Source of the DNA: Candidatus Caldarchaeum sp.
GTDB lineage: Archaea > Thermoproteota > Nitrososphaeria_A > Caldarchaeales > Caldarchaeaceae
Assembly: GCA_038885755.1 (NCBI GenBank)
Contig: JAVZZH010000001.1
Location: 320,001-384,000, forward strand
Direction of reading: 5' to 3'
Length of the DNA stretch: 64,000 bases
Both the position numbers and the translations under genes were made by a program. Below, piece after piece: positions 8,605 to 17,260 of this stretch. The notes beneath the pieces were generated by a model that saw only the letters and a program-made list of their open reading frames with translations, ran no database searches and was not told the DNA's origin. Numbering within the stretch: position 1 is the stretch's first letter; each line of letters opens with the position of its first letter.

Positions 8605-9783
8605 ATGCGTTTCGACGTGGTTGTCGTCGGCGGCGGTTCAACCGGCTCGTCTATCGCCTACCACCTTGTCAAGCACGGTGCGGGCAGGGTTGCTTTGGTT
8701 GAGAAGGACCGGGTTGGCTGGGGTCAGACGGGCAGGTCAACCGCCGTGGTTCGGCTCCACTACAGCACGCCCGAGGTAGCTTTGATGGCTCTGGAGAGCT
8801 GGCGTGTGCTGAAGAACATGGAAAGGGAGGTTGGTGGGCCCTCTGGCTTCACGGTCTGCGGCTTCATTCTCCTTGCGGGTGAAGAGGACCGGCGTGGCCT
8901 CGAGAGGAACGTGGCCATGCTCAGGAAAGTAGGCGTGGAAACCATGGTTCTTTCGCCGGAGGAGGTTAAGGAAATAGCCCCGTACATCGATGTCGGCAAC
9001 TTGTCGGCAGCGGCTTACGAGCCTCTTTCGGGGTTCGCCGACCCTGTCGCCACTGCTCAGAGCTTCGCCAACGCCGCCGTCCGCGACGGATGCGTGTTGA
9101 TGGAGTCCTGCGAAGTTGTTGGCGTGAGGGTTGAGCGCGGGCTGGTCGAGCGGCTGATAACCAGCCGCGGGGAGGTCGAGGCTGAGATTGTCGTTAACGC
9201 CGTGGGTGTCTGGGCCAACTCGCTCCTCGAAATGGTTGGCGAGCAGCTTCCCATAGAAGTCATGAAGGAGGAGATAGTTGTGTGGAACAGGCCGGAGACG
9301 TTCAGAGGAGTTCATCCAGTGGTAGGCGACCTCCCCAACAACTACTACATGAGGCCTTTCGGTGAAATCCAGACTTACATGGGAAGCATAAACCCCGATA
9401 TGGCTAGGAGAGAAAAACACCCGTCATCCTTCAACCTCGAGGAGAAAGTCGGGCTAGACACAGCGTCCAAGTACGGCGAAGCGGTGTCCAGCAGAATTCC
9501 AGCGATGGCTGAAGCGCGGATGGCGGGTGGATGGGTTGGTCTTTATGACGTGACGCCCGACTGGCACCCCATCGTCGACTACTGCTCCAGCGTCAAGAAC
9601 CTGTTCAACGTCGTCGGCCTCAGCGGACACGGGTTCAAGCTATGCCCAGCCCTGGGAATGCTCGCAGCCGACATAATTCTAGGACGGAAGAAACCCCTCA
9701 TCAACCCTGACTTCTTCAGCCTCAAGCGGTTCGAAGAAGGAAGGCTCATCGGAAAGTCCTACAAGTACGGAGTGCTGTCCTGA
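8605..9783 (+). CDS. FAD-dependent oxidoreductase, DAO/sarcosine oxidase beta family
   Basis: DVVVVGGGSTG, GQTGRS, YDVTPDWHPI, GLSGHGFKLCPALG; start placed at MRFD (8605). Confidence 0.9.
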   Translation: MRFDVVVVGGGSTGSSIAYHLVKHGAGRVALVEKDRVGWGQTGRSTAVVRLHYSTPEVALMALESWRVLKNMEREVGGPSGFTVCGFILLAGEEDRRGLERNVAMLRKVGVETMVLSPEEVKEIAPYIDVGNLSAAAYEPLSGFADPVATAQSFANAAVRDGCVLMESCEVVGVRVERGLVERLITSRGEVEAEIVVNAVGVWANSLLEMVGEQLPIEVMKEEIVVWNRPETFRGVHPVVGDLPNNYYMRPFGEIQTYMGSINPDMARREKHPSSFNLEEKVGLDTASKYGEAVSSRIPAMAEARMAGGWVGLYDVTPDWHPIVDYCSSVKNLFNVVGLSGHGFKLCPALGMLAADIILGRKKPLINPDFFSLKRFEEGRLIGKSYKYGVLS

Positions 9784-9820
9784 GCAGATTTTTAAAGAAC
9801 CAGCCACAGGCTATGGGTGA

Positions 9821-9921
9821 GCCCTGGTAGCTCAGCCTGGTGGAGCGACCGCTTGGTAAGCGGTAGAGCCCGTGGCGAACACGGGGCGCCGACGTCCGGG
9901 GTTCAAAGCCCCGCCAGGGCT
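9821..9921 (+). tRNA. tRNA-Thr(GGU) with 27-nt intron at position 45/46 (intron 9867-9893)
   Basis: ACCGC TTGGTAA GCGGT anticodon arm; removing 9867-9893 restores the AGGTC variable loop seen in tRNA-Thr(UGU); BHB-like junction. Confidence 0.92.
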
Positions 9922-9986
9922 TCTGACACAGAAGCATCGTTTTGAAGCGGGGGCCTTTGGCTTTGCCGCGTCTGCCCCCATCAGGT

Positions 9987-11072
9987 TTATTCAAGGTTTA
10001 CGGGGATGAACCTAAGTCTTCCAGAGACTTTCTTAGACGGCGGTCTGCCCACTATGTGGACCTGACTGCCGCATTCGAGGCATCTGTTGTCTTTGTCGAG
10101 CCTCCAGTCTAGAATGTCGTATCCGTGTCTTTCGACGACTACTTTTCCGCAGCCGGGGCAGTAGGTGTTCTCCAGCGGATGGCCGGGCACGTTTCCCACG
10201 TAGACGTAGAGCAGGCCCTCCTCCCGGGCTATCTGGCAGTGTTTCTCAAGCGTCTCGACAGGCGTCCACGGAAGGTGTAGGAGCTTGTAGTCGGGGTGGA
10301 AGCGTAGGAAGTGTATCGGTGTCTCTTGGCCTAAGTTTTCGTAAACCCATCGACAGAGCCTCCTCGCCGCTTCGAGGCTGTCGCCTATCTCTGGAACGAT
10401 GAGGTCGGTTATCTCGACATGGATCTTCGTCCTCCTCTTAATCTCGAGAAGGGTCTGGAAGACGGGCTCGGCGTCCGGGATGCCTATGTATCTTTGGACG
10501 AACCTCTTCTCTCCGCTTCCCTTAAAGTCGACGGTCGCGCAGTCGAGAAACTCCGCAGCCATGCCGACCGCCTCGGGGGTCCAGTAGCCGTTCGTCACGA
10601 AGACGTTTATCAAGCCTTTACGCCTCGCGATGACGCCTATGTCGTGGGCGTATTCCATGAAGATCGACGGCTCGTTGTAGGTGTATGCTATGCCGTCGCT
10701 GCCGTACCTCAGCGCCATCTCAACAACCCTCTCAGGCGGAGCATCAACTCCCTCCACCTTCCTACGCTGGCTTATGTCGAAGTTCTGGCAGTAGGCGCAC
10801 AGCCAGTTGCATCCCGTCGTCGCTATGCTGAAGATCTTGCTTCCGGGCCTGTAGTGCGTGACCGGCTTCTTCTCGATAGGGTCGACGTGGCCGGTGATTA
10901 CCTTGCCGTAGACGAAGAGGCGGAGCTGGTTGTCGACGACGCCTCTTACCCCGCATAGGCCGACTTGGTTGTTCTTAAGGGAACAGTAGCGCGCACATGC
11001 GGTGCAGACCACCCGGTCCTCCGCAGTCCTGCGATAGAGCTTGGCAGGGGACCCTAGAAACTTGGCCTCCAT
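9987..11072 (-). CDS. AmmeMemoRadiSam system radical SAM enzyme (AmrS-like)
   Basis: CTACARYC..GLCGVR, DPIEKKP, CNWLCAYCQN, YTYNEP, RFHPDY, YVGNVPG, C-terminal CPGCG/CLECG. Confidence 0.9.
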   Translation of the reverse strand: MEAKFLGSPAKLYRRTAEDRVVCTACARYCSLKNNQVGLCGVRGVVDNQLRLFVYGKVITGHVDPIEKKPVTHYRPGSKIFSIATTGCNWLCAYCQNFDISQRRKVEGVDAPPERVVEMALRYGSDGIAYTYNEPSIFMEYAHDIGVIARRKGLINVFVTNGYWTPEAVGMAAEFLDCATVDFKGSGEKRFVQRYIGIPDAEPVFQTLLEIKRRTKIHVEITDLIVPEIGDSLEAARRLCRWVYENLGQETPIHFLRFHPDYKLLHLPWTPVETLEKHCQIAREEGLLYVYVGNVPGHPLENTYCPGCGKVVVERHGYDILDWRLDKDNRCLECGSQVHIVGRPPSKKVSGRLRFIPVNLE

Positions 11073-11110
11073 CCAACTATAGTTTAAGGCTGCATGCTAT
11101 TAAGCTCTTT

Positions 11111-11554
11111 TCACTTACCCAGCGGGACCAGAGGCTTGGAGCCGAGAAGCCTGTTGTGCTCCTTCATCATGCACCTGTTCCAGACCACTGTTATCCCCTC
11201 TTTTGAGAGAATCTCAGCCGCCTCCTTGTTGTAGATACCCTCCTGCATCCAGAAGACTTTTGGCTTAATCTTCAGAGCTGACCGAGCCACTTCCAAGACC
11301 GCCTCGCTGGGCCTGAAAACTTCGACAACGTCCACACCTTGCCCTACTTCCTCAAGTGTTTTGTAAGGCTTGAGCCCCATCACTTCGTCGGCGTAGGGGT
11401 TGACAGGTATTATCTCGTAGCCGTGCCGCATCAAGAACCTCGGAACATAGTTGGACGGCTTAGCGGGGTCGCGTGAAGCCCCCACGACTGCTATCCTCTT
11501 GTAGTTTGTTAGTATTTCACGGACCTGCTGGTCGGTCAACCCGTCTGACTCCAT
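11111..11554 (-). CDS. CoA-binding protein (YccU-like)
   Basis: IAVVGASRDPAKPS, PVNP, VFRPS, WMQEGI, NRCM. Confidence 0.9.
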   Translation of the reverse strand: MESDGLTDQQVREILTNYKRIAVVGASRDPAKPSNYVPRFLMRHGYEIIPVNPYADEVMGLKPYKTLEEVGQGVDVVEVFRPSEAVLEVARSALKIKPKVFWMQEGIYNKEAAEILSKEGITVVWNRCMMKEHNRLLGSKPLVPLGK

Positions 11555-11633
11555 GCTTAAAATCGTGTCTCTCCCGCTTCAAAAGCTTTACCCGGACACA
11601 AACTAATTATCGAGTCTTTCACCTTTTTCAAGG

Positions 11634-12407
11634 ATGGCTGCGAGCCTTGCTCTCAGAATTGCTCATTTCTCCGACACGCACATCAGCAACTACGGATTGC
11701 ATCTGCCCCAATCCCTCGAGTCTTTCATAAAGCAGTTGAACAAGCTTGACCCACGCCCTGACATAGCTATTCATACAGGCGACTTGACAGACCATGGAAT
11801 ACTGATGGACTACGAGCTTGCTAAGGAGAAGATGCAGCAGCTGGAGGTGGACGTGCTTTACGTTCCCGGAAACCATGACGAGAAGAACTACGGCGACTCG
11901 CTTTTCAGAGAGCTGGTGTCCCACGTCGACGTGTTGACCGGCGTGGGCAAGGCCGTTGTCCTAGGCTTGGACAGCGCGATACCGGACAGCGACTACGGTC
12001 GGCTGGGGAGGTGGCGGCAGGAGTTGATCAAAAACAAGCTGAGCCAGTTCGACGAGGAGGTTTTGAAGATAGTGGCTTTCCACCATCATCTAGTTCCAGT
12101 GCCCTTCGCGGGGAGGGAGAAGGACATACTCGAGGATGCTGGCGACGTGCTTAAGACCATCGTGGACACGGGAGTGAACATGGTTTTGATGGGGCACCGC
12201 CATGTCAGGAACGCCGTCATGGTTGGAGGAAGCCTGCTCGTGAACGCGGGAACAGTGTCTTGCGTGAGAACTCGTGGAAGGCTGGGCAACAGCTTCAACC
12301 TCATAGACGTTTATGAAGACGGGTGTGCGGAAGTCGTCGAAATCCGCATACCTTCAGGAGACAGGGCGCTCTTAGGCCGGTTTAAACTGCTGGGTGAGAA
12401 TGGATGA
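11634..12407 (+). CDS. Calcineurin-like metallophosphoesterase (Icc/CpdA-like)
   Basis: DTH, GDLTD, PGNHD, HHH, GHRH motifs. Confidence 0.9.
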   Translation: MAASLALRIAHFSDTHISNYGLHLPQSLESFIKQLNKLDPRPDIAIHTGDLTDHGILMDYELAKEKMQQLEVDVLYVPGNHDEKNYGDSLFRELVSHVDVLTGVGKAVVLGLDSAIPDSDYGRLGRWRQELIKNKLSQFDEEVLKIVAFHHHLVPVPFAGREKDILEDAGDVLKTIVDTGVNMVLMGHRHVRNAVMVGGSLLVNAGTVSCVRTRGRLGNSFNLIDVYEDGCAEVVEIRIPSGDRALLGRFKLLGENG

Positions 12408-13084
12408 AGACGGCTGCCGTTCTCGTGATCGTGTTTCTGGGTTTGGCGGCTTTCTCGGTGCTGTTGGTCGCGGGGCCTAGGGCTGAAAACGCTACAACCG
12501 CAACGACAACCCTGACCGTCGTCTCGACCGTCATGGCGACTCAAACCGTGACGACCATAGTTTCAAAGACTGTTTCAGGTACGGAGGTGGTGCGATCCTC
12601 AGCCCTGCTGGAGCTCCTTTCCAGTAGATATCCAAGCTACGAGTCGATGGAAACTTACCGCATCAAGCTGCCGTCGAAGCCCGGTACCTACCAGTACAGC
12701 TTCGCCGTCTTCTGGAGATACGGCCAAAACCACACCCACGTCATCATAATAGAGCCTCCGGAGAAGGCTGAGATGGTTTTCATGCTCGACAGCCTCATCC
12801 AGACGCGTTTCGTGTCAGCCAGACACCTGCCGAACATCCCTGCTCCATGGCCTCCGACAGCACGGCTAACCGAAACGGTGCTGACGGAGGACGGCCGTGT
12901 TTCGTCGAGAGCTTGGAACATAACTAGGAATGTGCCCGGATACCCCAGCACTCCTCAAGTCGAGAGGAGCGGTGCGCAGGCCTGGGTGGTCTCCTACAAT
13001 CCCCTACAGGACGAGCAGTCGGGGGACAGCCTAGTCGCTAGATACTACTTCTTGGTGGTGAGGGTTATCTCCTCAACTTCTTGA
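12404..13084 (+). CDS. Hypothetical membrane-anchored/secreted protein with Thr-rich linker
   Basis: N-terminal hydrophobic helix, then a TTTATTTLTVVST linker; ATGA overlap with the upstream gene. Confidence 0.7.
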   Translation: MKTAAVLVIVFLGLAAFSVLLVAGPRAENATTATTTLTVVSTVMATQTVTTIVSKTVSGTEVVRSSALLELLSSRYPSYESMETYRIKLPSKPGTYQYSFAVFWRYGQNHTHVIIIEPPEKAEMVFMLDSLIQTRFVSARHLPNIPAPWPPTARLTETVLTEDGRVSSRAWNITRNVPGYPSTPQVERSGAQAWVVSYNPLQDEQSGDSLVARYYFLVVRVISSTS

Positions 13085-13382
13085 GCTTCGTTATGTCCGT
13101 CGTCCTGTATGTCCTGTAGACCTGAACGGCCAGCAGCAGTGCGAGAGCTACCACCGCCGCTCCAACCCCCAGCGACAACAGTATGAAAGACTGGGCGTAG
13201 GGGTCGACTAAGCCTCCGCCGTGCTTGGCCGAGATGGCCACGAAGTTGAGGTGGGCGGAGTTGACCATGATCTCTAGGCCGATTATCTGCTTGATGAGGC
13301 TTTTACGGGTGGCTAGGCAGTAGGCTCCTACTATGAACAGCAGGGATGCGATCAGGACGTAGTAGAGGACTGGAAGGCCCAC
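13065..13382 (-). CDS. NuoK/MnhC-like membrane subunit
   Basis: LLFIVGAY..RKSLIKQIIGLEIMVNSAHLNFV...AVQVYRTYRTTDI. Confidence 0.85.
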   Translation of the reverse strand: MGLPVLYYVLIASLLFIVGAYCLATRKSLIKQIIGLEIMVNSAHLNFVAISAKHGGGLVDPYAQSFILLSLGVGAAVVALALLLAVQVYRTYRTTDITKLKKLRR

Positions 13383-13384
13383 GG

Positions 13385-13645
13385 CTAATCCTCCCTCCTG
13401 AGCATCGCAGAAAGACCTATCACGAGAGTGAGCAGGACGAGGCCGAAGGCTATGAATGCAGGGAAAAGGCCTCCGTAGAGGTATGACGTGACGTCTCGCC
13501 AGAGTGGGCCCGGCTCGGCGGGGACTAGGCGGCTTAGGCCTTCACCCCAGAACTTGTAGGCCGGGGAGCTGCTTGCCAGAGCTGAGAAGAGTACGAAAGC
13601 GAGGACCAGGACCGCTGCGGAGCCGAGGACCTCAGCCAGCCTCAT
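13385..13645 (-). CDS. Small membrane protein (probable NuoJ C-terminal half)
   Basis: Two TM segments; YLY..LFPAF...GLVLL..VIG resembles the NuoJ C-terminal helix; lies between nuoJ-N and nuoK. Confidence 0.55.
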   Translation of the reverse strand: MRLAEVLGSAAVLVLAFVLFSALASSSPAYKFWGEGLSRLVPAEPGPLWRDVTSYLYGGLFPAFIAFGLVLLTLVIGLSAMLRRED

Positions 13646-13890
13646 TCCTCATAACCCTTGGTGAGCAGGATGACGAACAGGAACAGGGCCACGATGCCGC
13701 CTGCGTATATGAGGAGCTGGAACAAGGCCACGGGGTAGGCTCCGAGGACGAGGAATATCACTCCGAGAGTTGCTGTGTAGCCGAGTAAACCCATCACACT
13801 CCTCACAAGCCTCGACTGCTCCACAGCCAGTATTGCGAACAGCACGGCGGCGGCCAGAAGAAGAACCTCTAAAAGGTCTAGGGTTATCAT
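13642..13890 (-). CDS. NuoJ N-terminal-like membrane subunit
   Basis: LVRSV.GL....LGA..VALFQLLIYAGGIVALFLFVILL is the NuoJ TM3 motif; start placed at ATG 13890. Confidence 0.8.
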   Translation of the reverse strand: MITLDLLEVLLLAAAVLFAILAVEQSRLVRSVMGLLGYTATLGVIFLVLGAYPVALFQLLIYAGGIVALFLFVILLTKGYEE

Positions 13891-13990
13891 CTCAATCCCG
13901 GCGTGGGATAATGTAGATCGGGGAAATAAATGGATGACCCCGTTCACGTGTAGAGTTAATATTGTTGCCGGTTAGCCGTTTCTCAAGGGT

Positions 13991-16024
13991 TTGGGCGTCT
14001 CCGAAGTCGTTGAGGTTGCTGTCGTAGCTCCACGGCATAGGGCGGAGCAGCTGGTCGAGGAGCTCATGGCTTTTCAGGATTTCCACCCTTCTGAGCGGCA
14101 ACGCCACAGAGACGCCAGACTCCACGAGCTCGAGCACAGGGCGGAGGCTGGTTATGTAAGGCTTCAGACCGCAATACAGGAGCTGGGTGTAAAGGACTCG
14201 GTCGGAATCATCGACATGCTCGCAAACCCGGGAAAAGTTGTTCAGAGAGAGCTAACGGCAGAGGGCCTTGTCGAGCTTTTGAACAGGCTGGACAGCGAGT
14301 CGAAACCTCTCCTCGACACGGTAAACAACCTTCTGCAGGAAAGGAAGAACGTCTCCGAGAAACTGGAACGTCTCGAGTCTCTCTACCGGCTGTTGAAGAA
14401 GGTGGGCGACATGGAGCTTGACCTAGATTCTCTGAAGACCATGAAAAAGTTCCACGTCTTCCTAGGCTTCGCGACGGGTGCCGAGCTGGCTGAGCTCCGC
14501 AGGGCCGCGACGAACTCGGCCGTGGTCGAGTCAGTGGTTGAGGACTTCATTCTTCTCCTCGTCGTTTCGAAGAAATCTGAAGGAGAGGTTGTCGAGAGAG
14601 TCGTCAAAGGACTGGGCGTAAAGCCGTTGACGATTCCTCCCGAATACCCGCCTAGGCTGAGGGAGGCTGTCAAGCTGTTGGGTGAGGAGGTCCAGTCTCT
14701 AAAGAAAACTGCTGAGGAGGTCGAGGAAAAGCTGAAGGATGTCGTGGCTAAACATTCGGACCAGCTTGTTTCTCTCAGAGACAGCTACCTCATCGTCAAG
14801 GATGCTTTGGCGAGGATAGGGGGTGCTGGCGCTCTGAAGTCCTTCGCATTAATCGAGGGCTACGTCCCTGCTGAGAGGTTTGACGTGTTCATGCATACCG
14901 TTGGGTCGAAGTACCCCGTCTTGACAGTCGACCGAGCCAAGCATCATCACGAAGAAGCCCCGACAAGCTTTAGAAACCCTTCGGTCATCAAACCCTTCGA
15001 GAAAATAACCATGATACAGGGCCTGCCGAGCCATCGTGAGATAGACCCGACGCCCTACGTGTCGGCTTTCTTCTGCATCTTCTACGGAATAATGTTCGCA
15101 GACCTAGGCCAAGGCCTCGTCATACTGGCTTTCGGGCTTTTCATGCTGAGACGTGTTTCGGGAGACCTGAAGCTTTGGGCTAAGCTGCTGGTCTTCCTGG
15201 GAGTTTCCTCGGCACTTACAGGCTTTCTCTTAGGCGAAGCCTTCGGCTTCAAAATAGGCGACGTAGTCGGCTCTCCCCAGCTTCTTCACCTTGTTGAAGA
15301 ACACGGTGGGGCGAAGACCTTCAACATGGCTGAAGTCCAGAGGCTTCTCGTCTTCACTATACTCCTCGGCGTTGTACATCTCACAGTCGGATACGTTCTA
15401 TCGATCGTGAAGTACTGGAGGGAGGGGGAGAAGGGTGAAGCCCTAGCGGTGAAGCTTCCAACCCTCCTGATGTACTTCTTCGGCATATTCTTCGTCCTGG
15501 CTTTCTTCGGGGCGGGTGGAAGCATTCCCAACATGCTGGTGGTGTCCAACCCAGCTCCTCTGGTCAACCTGCCGACGAACCTTGTGGGAACAGTGGGAGT
15601 CTACGGATCTCTGGCATGCGTGCTGGTTTTGATGTTCGGAAGATATGTCGCAGGCCTGGCGCATCCAGGTCATAGGACAAGCCTAGTCGGCTCTGTTGGG
15701 ATGGGTTTGCTCGAAGTCTTGGAGAACATCATCCACTTCCTGTCCAACACCATCTCGTACTCGAGGCTGACCATTCTGCTGATAGTGCACACAGCTCTAC
15801 TCCTCTTGCTCAACACCGCTTGGCAGGCCCTGGGTCTAGCCTCCCTTCCACTAATGGTTGTTGGCAACATAGGCATCATGCTGCTGGAGGGCATGCTCGT
15901 CTTCATCCAAGCCATGCGTCTACACGTCTATGAGTTCTTCAGCAAGTTCTTCGACGGAGCCGGGCCGCCTTTCAAAGGCCTTGCGAGAGAAACTCCGTTC
16001 GTGAAAATAAGGCTGACACGTTAG
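13991..16024 (+). CDS. atpI: A/V-type ATP synthase subunit I
   Basis: Long soluble N-terminus, PT..N, EIDPT, FYGIMFADLGQG, SNTISYSRL, IQAMRLHVYEFFSKF. Confidence 0.93.
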   Translation: MGVSEVVEVAVVAPRHRAEQLVEELMAFQDFHPSERQRHRDARLHELEHRAEAGYVRLQTAIQELGVKDSVGIIDMLANPGKVVQRELTAEGLVELLNRLDSESKPLLDTVNNLLQERKNVSEKLERLESLYRLLKKVGDMELDLDSLKTMKKFHVFLGFATGAELAELRRAATNSAVVESVVEDFILLLVVSKKSEGEVVERVVKGLGVKPLTIPPEYPPRLREAVKLLGEEVQSLKKTAEEVEEKLKDVVAKHSDQLVSLRDSYLIVKDALARIGGAGALKSFALIEGYVPAERFDVFMHTVGSKYPVLTVDRAKHHHEEAPTSFRNPSVIKPFEKITMIQGLPSHREIDPTPYVSAFFCIFYGIMFADLGQGLVILAFGLFMLRRVSGDLKLWAKLLVFLGVSSALTGFLLGEAFGFKIGDVVGSPQLLHLVEEHGGAKTFNMAEVQRLLVFTILLGVVHLTVGYVLSIVKYWREGEKGEALAVKLPTLLMYFFGIFFVLAFFGAGGSIPNMLVVSNPAPLVNLPTNLVGTVGVYGSLACVLVLMFGRYVAGLAHPGHRTSLVGSVGMGLLEVLENIIHFLSNTISYSRLTILLIVHTALLLLLNTAWQALGLASLPLMVVGNIGIMLLEGMLVFIQAMRLHVYEFFSKFFDGAGPPFKGLARETPFVKIRLTR

Positions 16025-16545
16025 CGCTTGACTATCCTCTTCCCCCTCTCGGAGGGCTCAACAACTATCTTGGCATCGTCGTAGACCTTATCGAGCTCCC
16101 TCCCCTCCTGAAGCCAGTCTAGGAAAACGGCTAGGGCGGCGGCTTCGCTGTGAGGCTGGCTTGTAATCGCCACGTTAAAATCCGCCAGCTTGAAAACCTC
16201 ACCCTCAACCTTCTCACCTCCGACGACAACTAGAAGCTGCTGCCCCCTCGAGTATTGGGCTTTCAGCTCGTCGATTACTTTCTTGACCGGAAGACCGTAG
16301 ACCGTTAGGTGTATCTTCTTGCCAGGCCACTGTCTCAGGAGGCTTCGCCACGATTCCACGTACTCGGCCCTAAAACTACCTCCCCACCGCCTTACGACAC
16401 TGTCGATCGTCTGTTCAACTGTCCTGTCTCTGTCGCCCGTGTAGTACATGATATCAGCGCCGAACGCTCTCGCCACCAGCCCCACGTGCGTGGTAAGCCT
16501 CTTGTCCCTCTCAACCCTGTGGCCCAGCCTGAGGACAGCTATCAA
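16021..16545 (-). CDS. trm56: tRNA (cytidine56-2'-O)-methyltransferase aTrm56
   Basis: LRLGHRVERDKRLTTHVGLVARAFGA, HLTVYG, QPHSEAAALAVFLD. Confidence 0.95.
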   Translation of the reverse strand: MIAVLRLGHRVERDKRLTTHVGLVARAFGADIMYYTGDRDRTVEQTIDSVVRRWGGSFRAEYVESWRSLLRQWPGKKIHLTVYGLPVKKVIDELKAQYSRGQQLLVVVGGEKVEGEVFKLADFNVAITSQPHSEAAALAVFLDWLQEGRELDKVYDDAKIVVEPSERGKRIVKR

Positions 16546-16547
16546 GC

Positions 16548-17084
16548 CTACTTTAGGTTAGACTCCAGCTCCTCTATCTTAGCTTTCAGCCTCTCGACGA
16601 ACTTGGAGTTGTCGTAGAGAGTTAGTGGTTTTCCGCAAACACGGCATCTGAACAACGTCTCCATCGAGGTTGTGAAGTTGTACTTGGGGCATCCCGGGGT
16701 CCCGCACCAGTACATCTGGTTGCTCTCCTCGTATTCCAGACGAGCTTTGAGCCTGTCCAGCACTTTCCGCATCAAGATCTTAGTGTAGCCGACGAGCTGT
16801 TCCTGTTGAACCCTCCACTTGAACGTCCTGTGGCCCGTGGTTTTATCCCTGTGAACCTCGTAAGAAACAGCCCCCAAGTCGTTAAGCTTATGAAGAACCT
16901 TCCTAACCTCCTTGACGTCTATCGCGGTAGCGGCGGAGACCTCCTCGTCGGTCAGATGAGGCCGGCTCAGCAAGGTCTTGACAATTTTACGAGCCGGTTC
17001 CCCGCCAATCATCTCGACAATCTTCAAGCAAGACTCTTCGTCGAGAATAATCATCAAATCCTTCTTCCATGTATAGAAAATCAT
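16548..17084 (-). CDS. tfe: Transcription factor E (TFE alpha)
   Basis: wHTH TDEEVS...VRKVLHKL, RLEYE, Zn ribbon C..C...FRCRVCG..L...DNS. Confidence 0.9.
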   Translation of the reverse strand: MIFYTWKKDLMIILDEESCLKIVEMIGGEPARKIVKTLLSRPHLTDEEVSAATAIDVKEVRKVLHKLNDLGAVSYEVHRDKTTGHRTFKWRVQQEQLVGYTKILMRKVLDRLKARLEYEESNQMYWCGTPGCPKYNFTTSMETLFRCRVCGKPLTLYDNSKFVERLKAKIEELESNLK

Positions 17085-17107
17085 TCCCGGGTTTTATCTC
17101 TTATGGA

Positions 17108-17184
17108 TGGTGGACCGGCTGGGATTTGAACCCAGGACCTCCCGCACGCCAGGCGGGTGATCTTCCAGACTGATCTACCGGCCC
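17108..17184 (-). tRNA. tRNA-Ala(GGC), CCA encoded
   Basis: Reverse strand GGGCCGG..CCCGC CTGGCGT GCGGG..CTGGG TTCAAAT CCCAG CCGGTCC A CCA; G3:U70 pair present. Confidence 0.95.
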
Positions 17185-17260
17185 TGCTGGAGATCTCCAC
17201 CGGCTTCTTATAGGTGTTTTTATGCTATAGATTTTTAAATAATTCGGTTGTTGTCTCTAC

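Noticed and set aside
8737-9420. Long antisense and alternative-frame ORFs (this 227-aa one and many others in the track)
   Set aside because: They are shadows of well-supported genes and carry no recognisable motifs
3577-9921. Two similar tRNA-Thr genes as attL/attR of an integrated element
   Set aside because: They are inverted, both complete, have different anticodons, and no integrase lies between them
9922-9986. Second C/D sRNA downstream of tRNA-Thr(GGU)
   Set aside because: Only partial box-like words, with no convincing box D, terminal stem or recognisable guide
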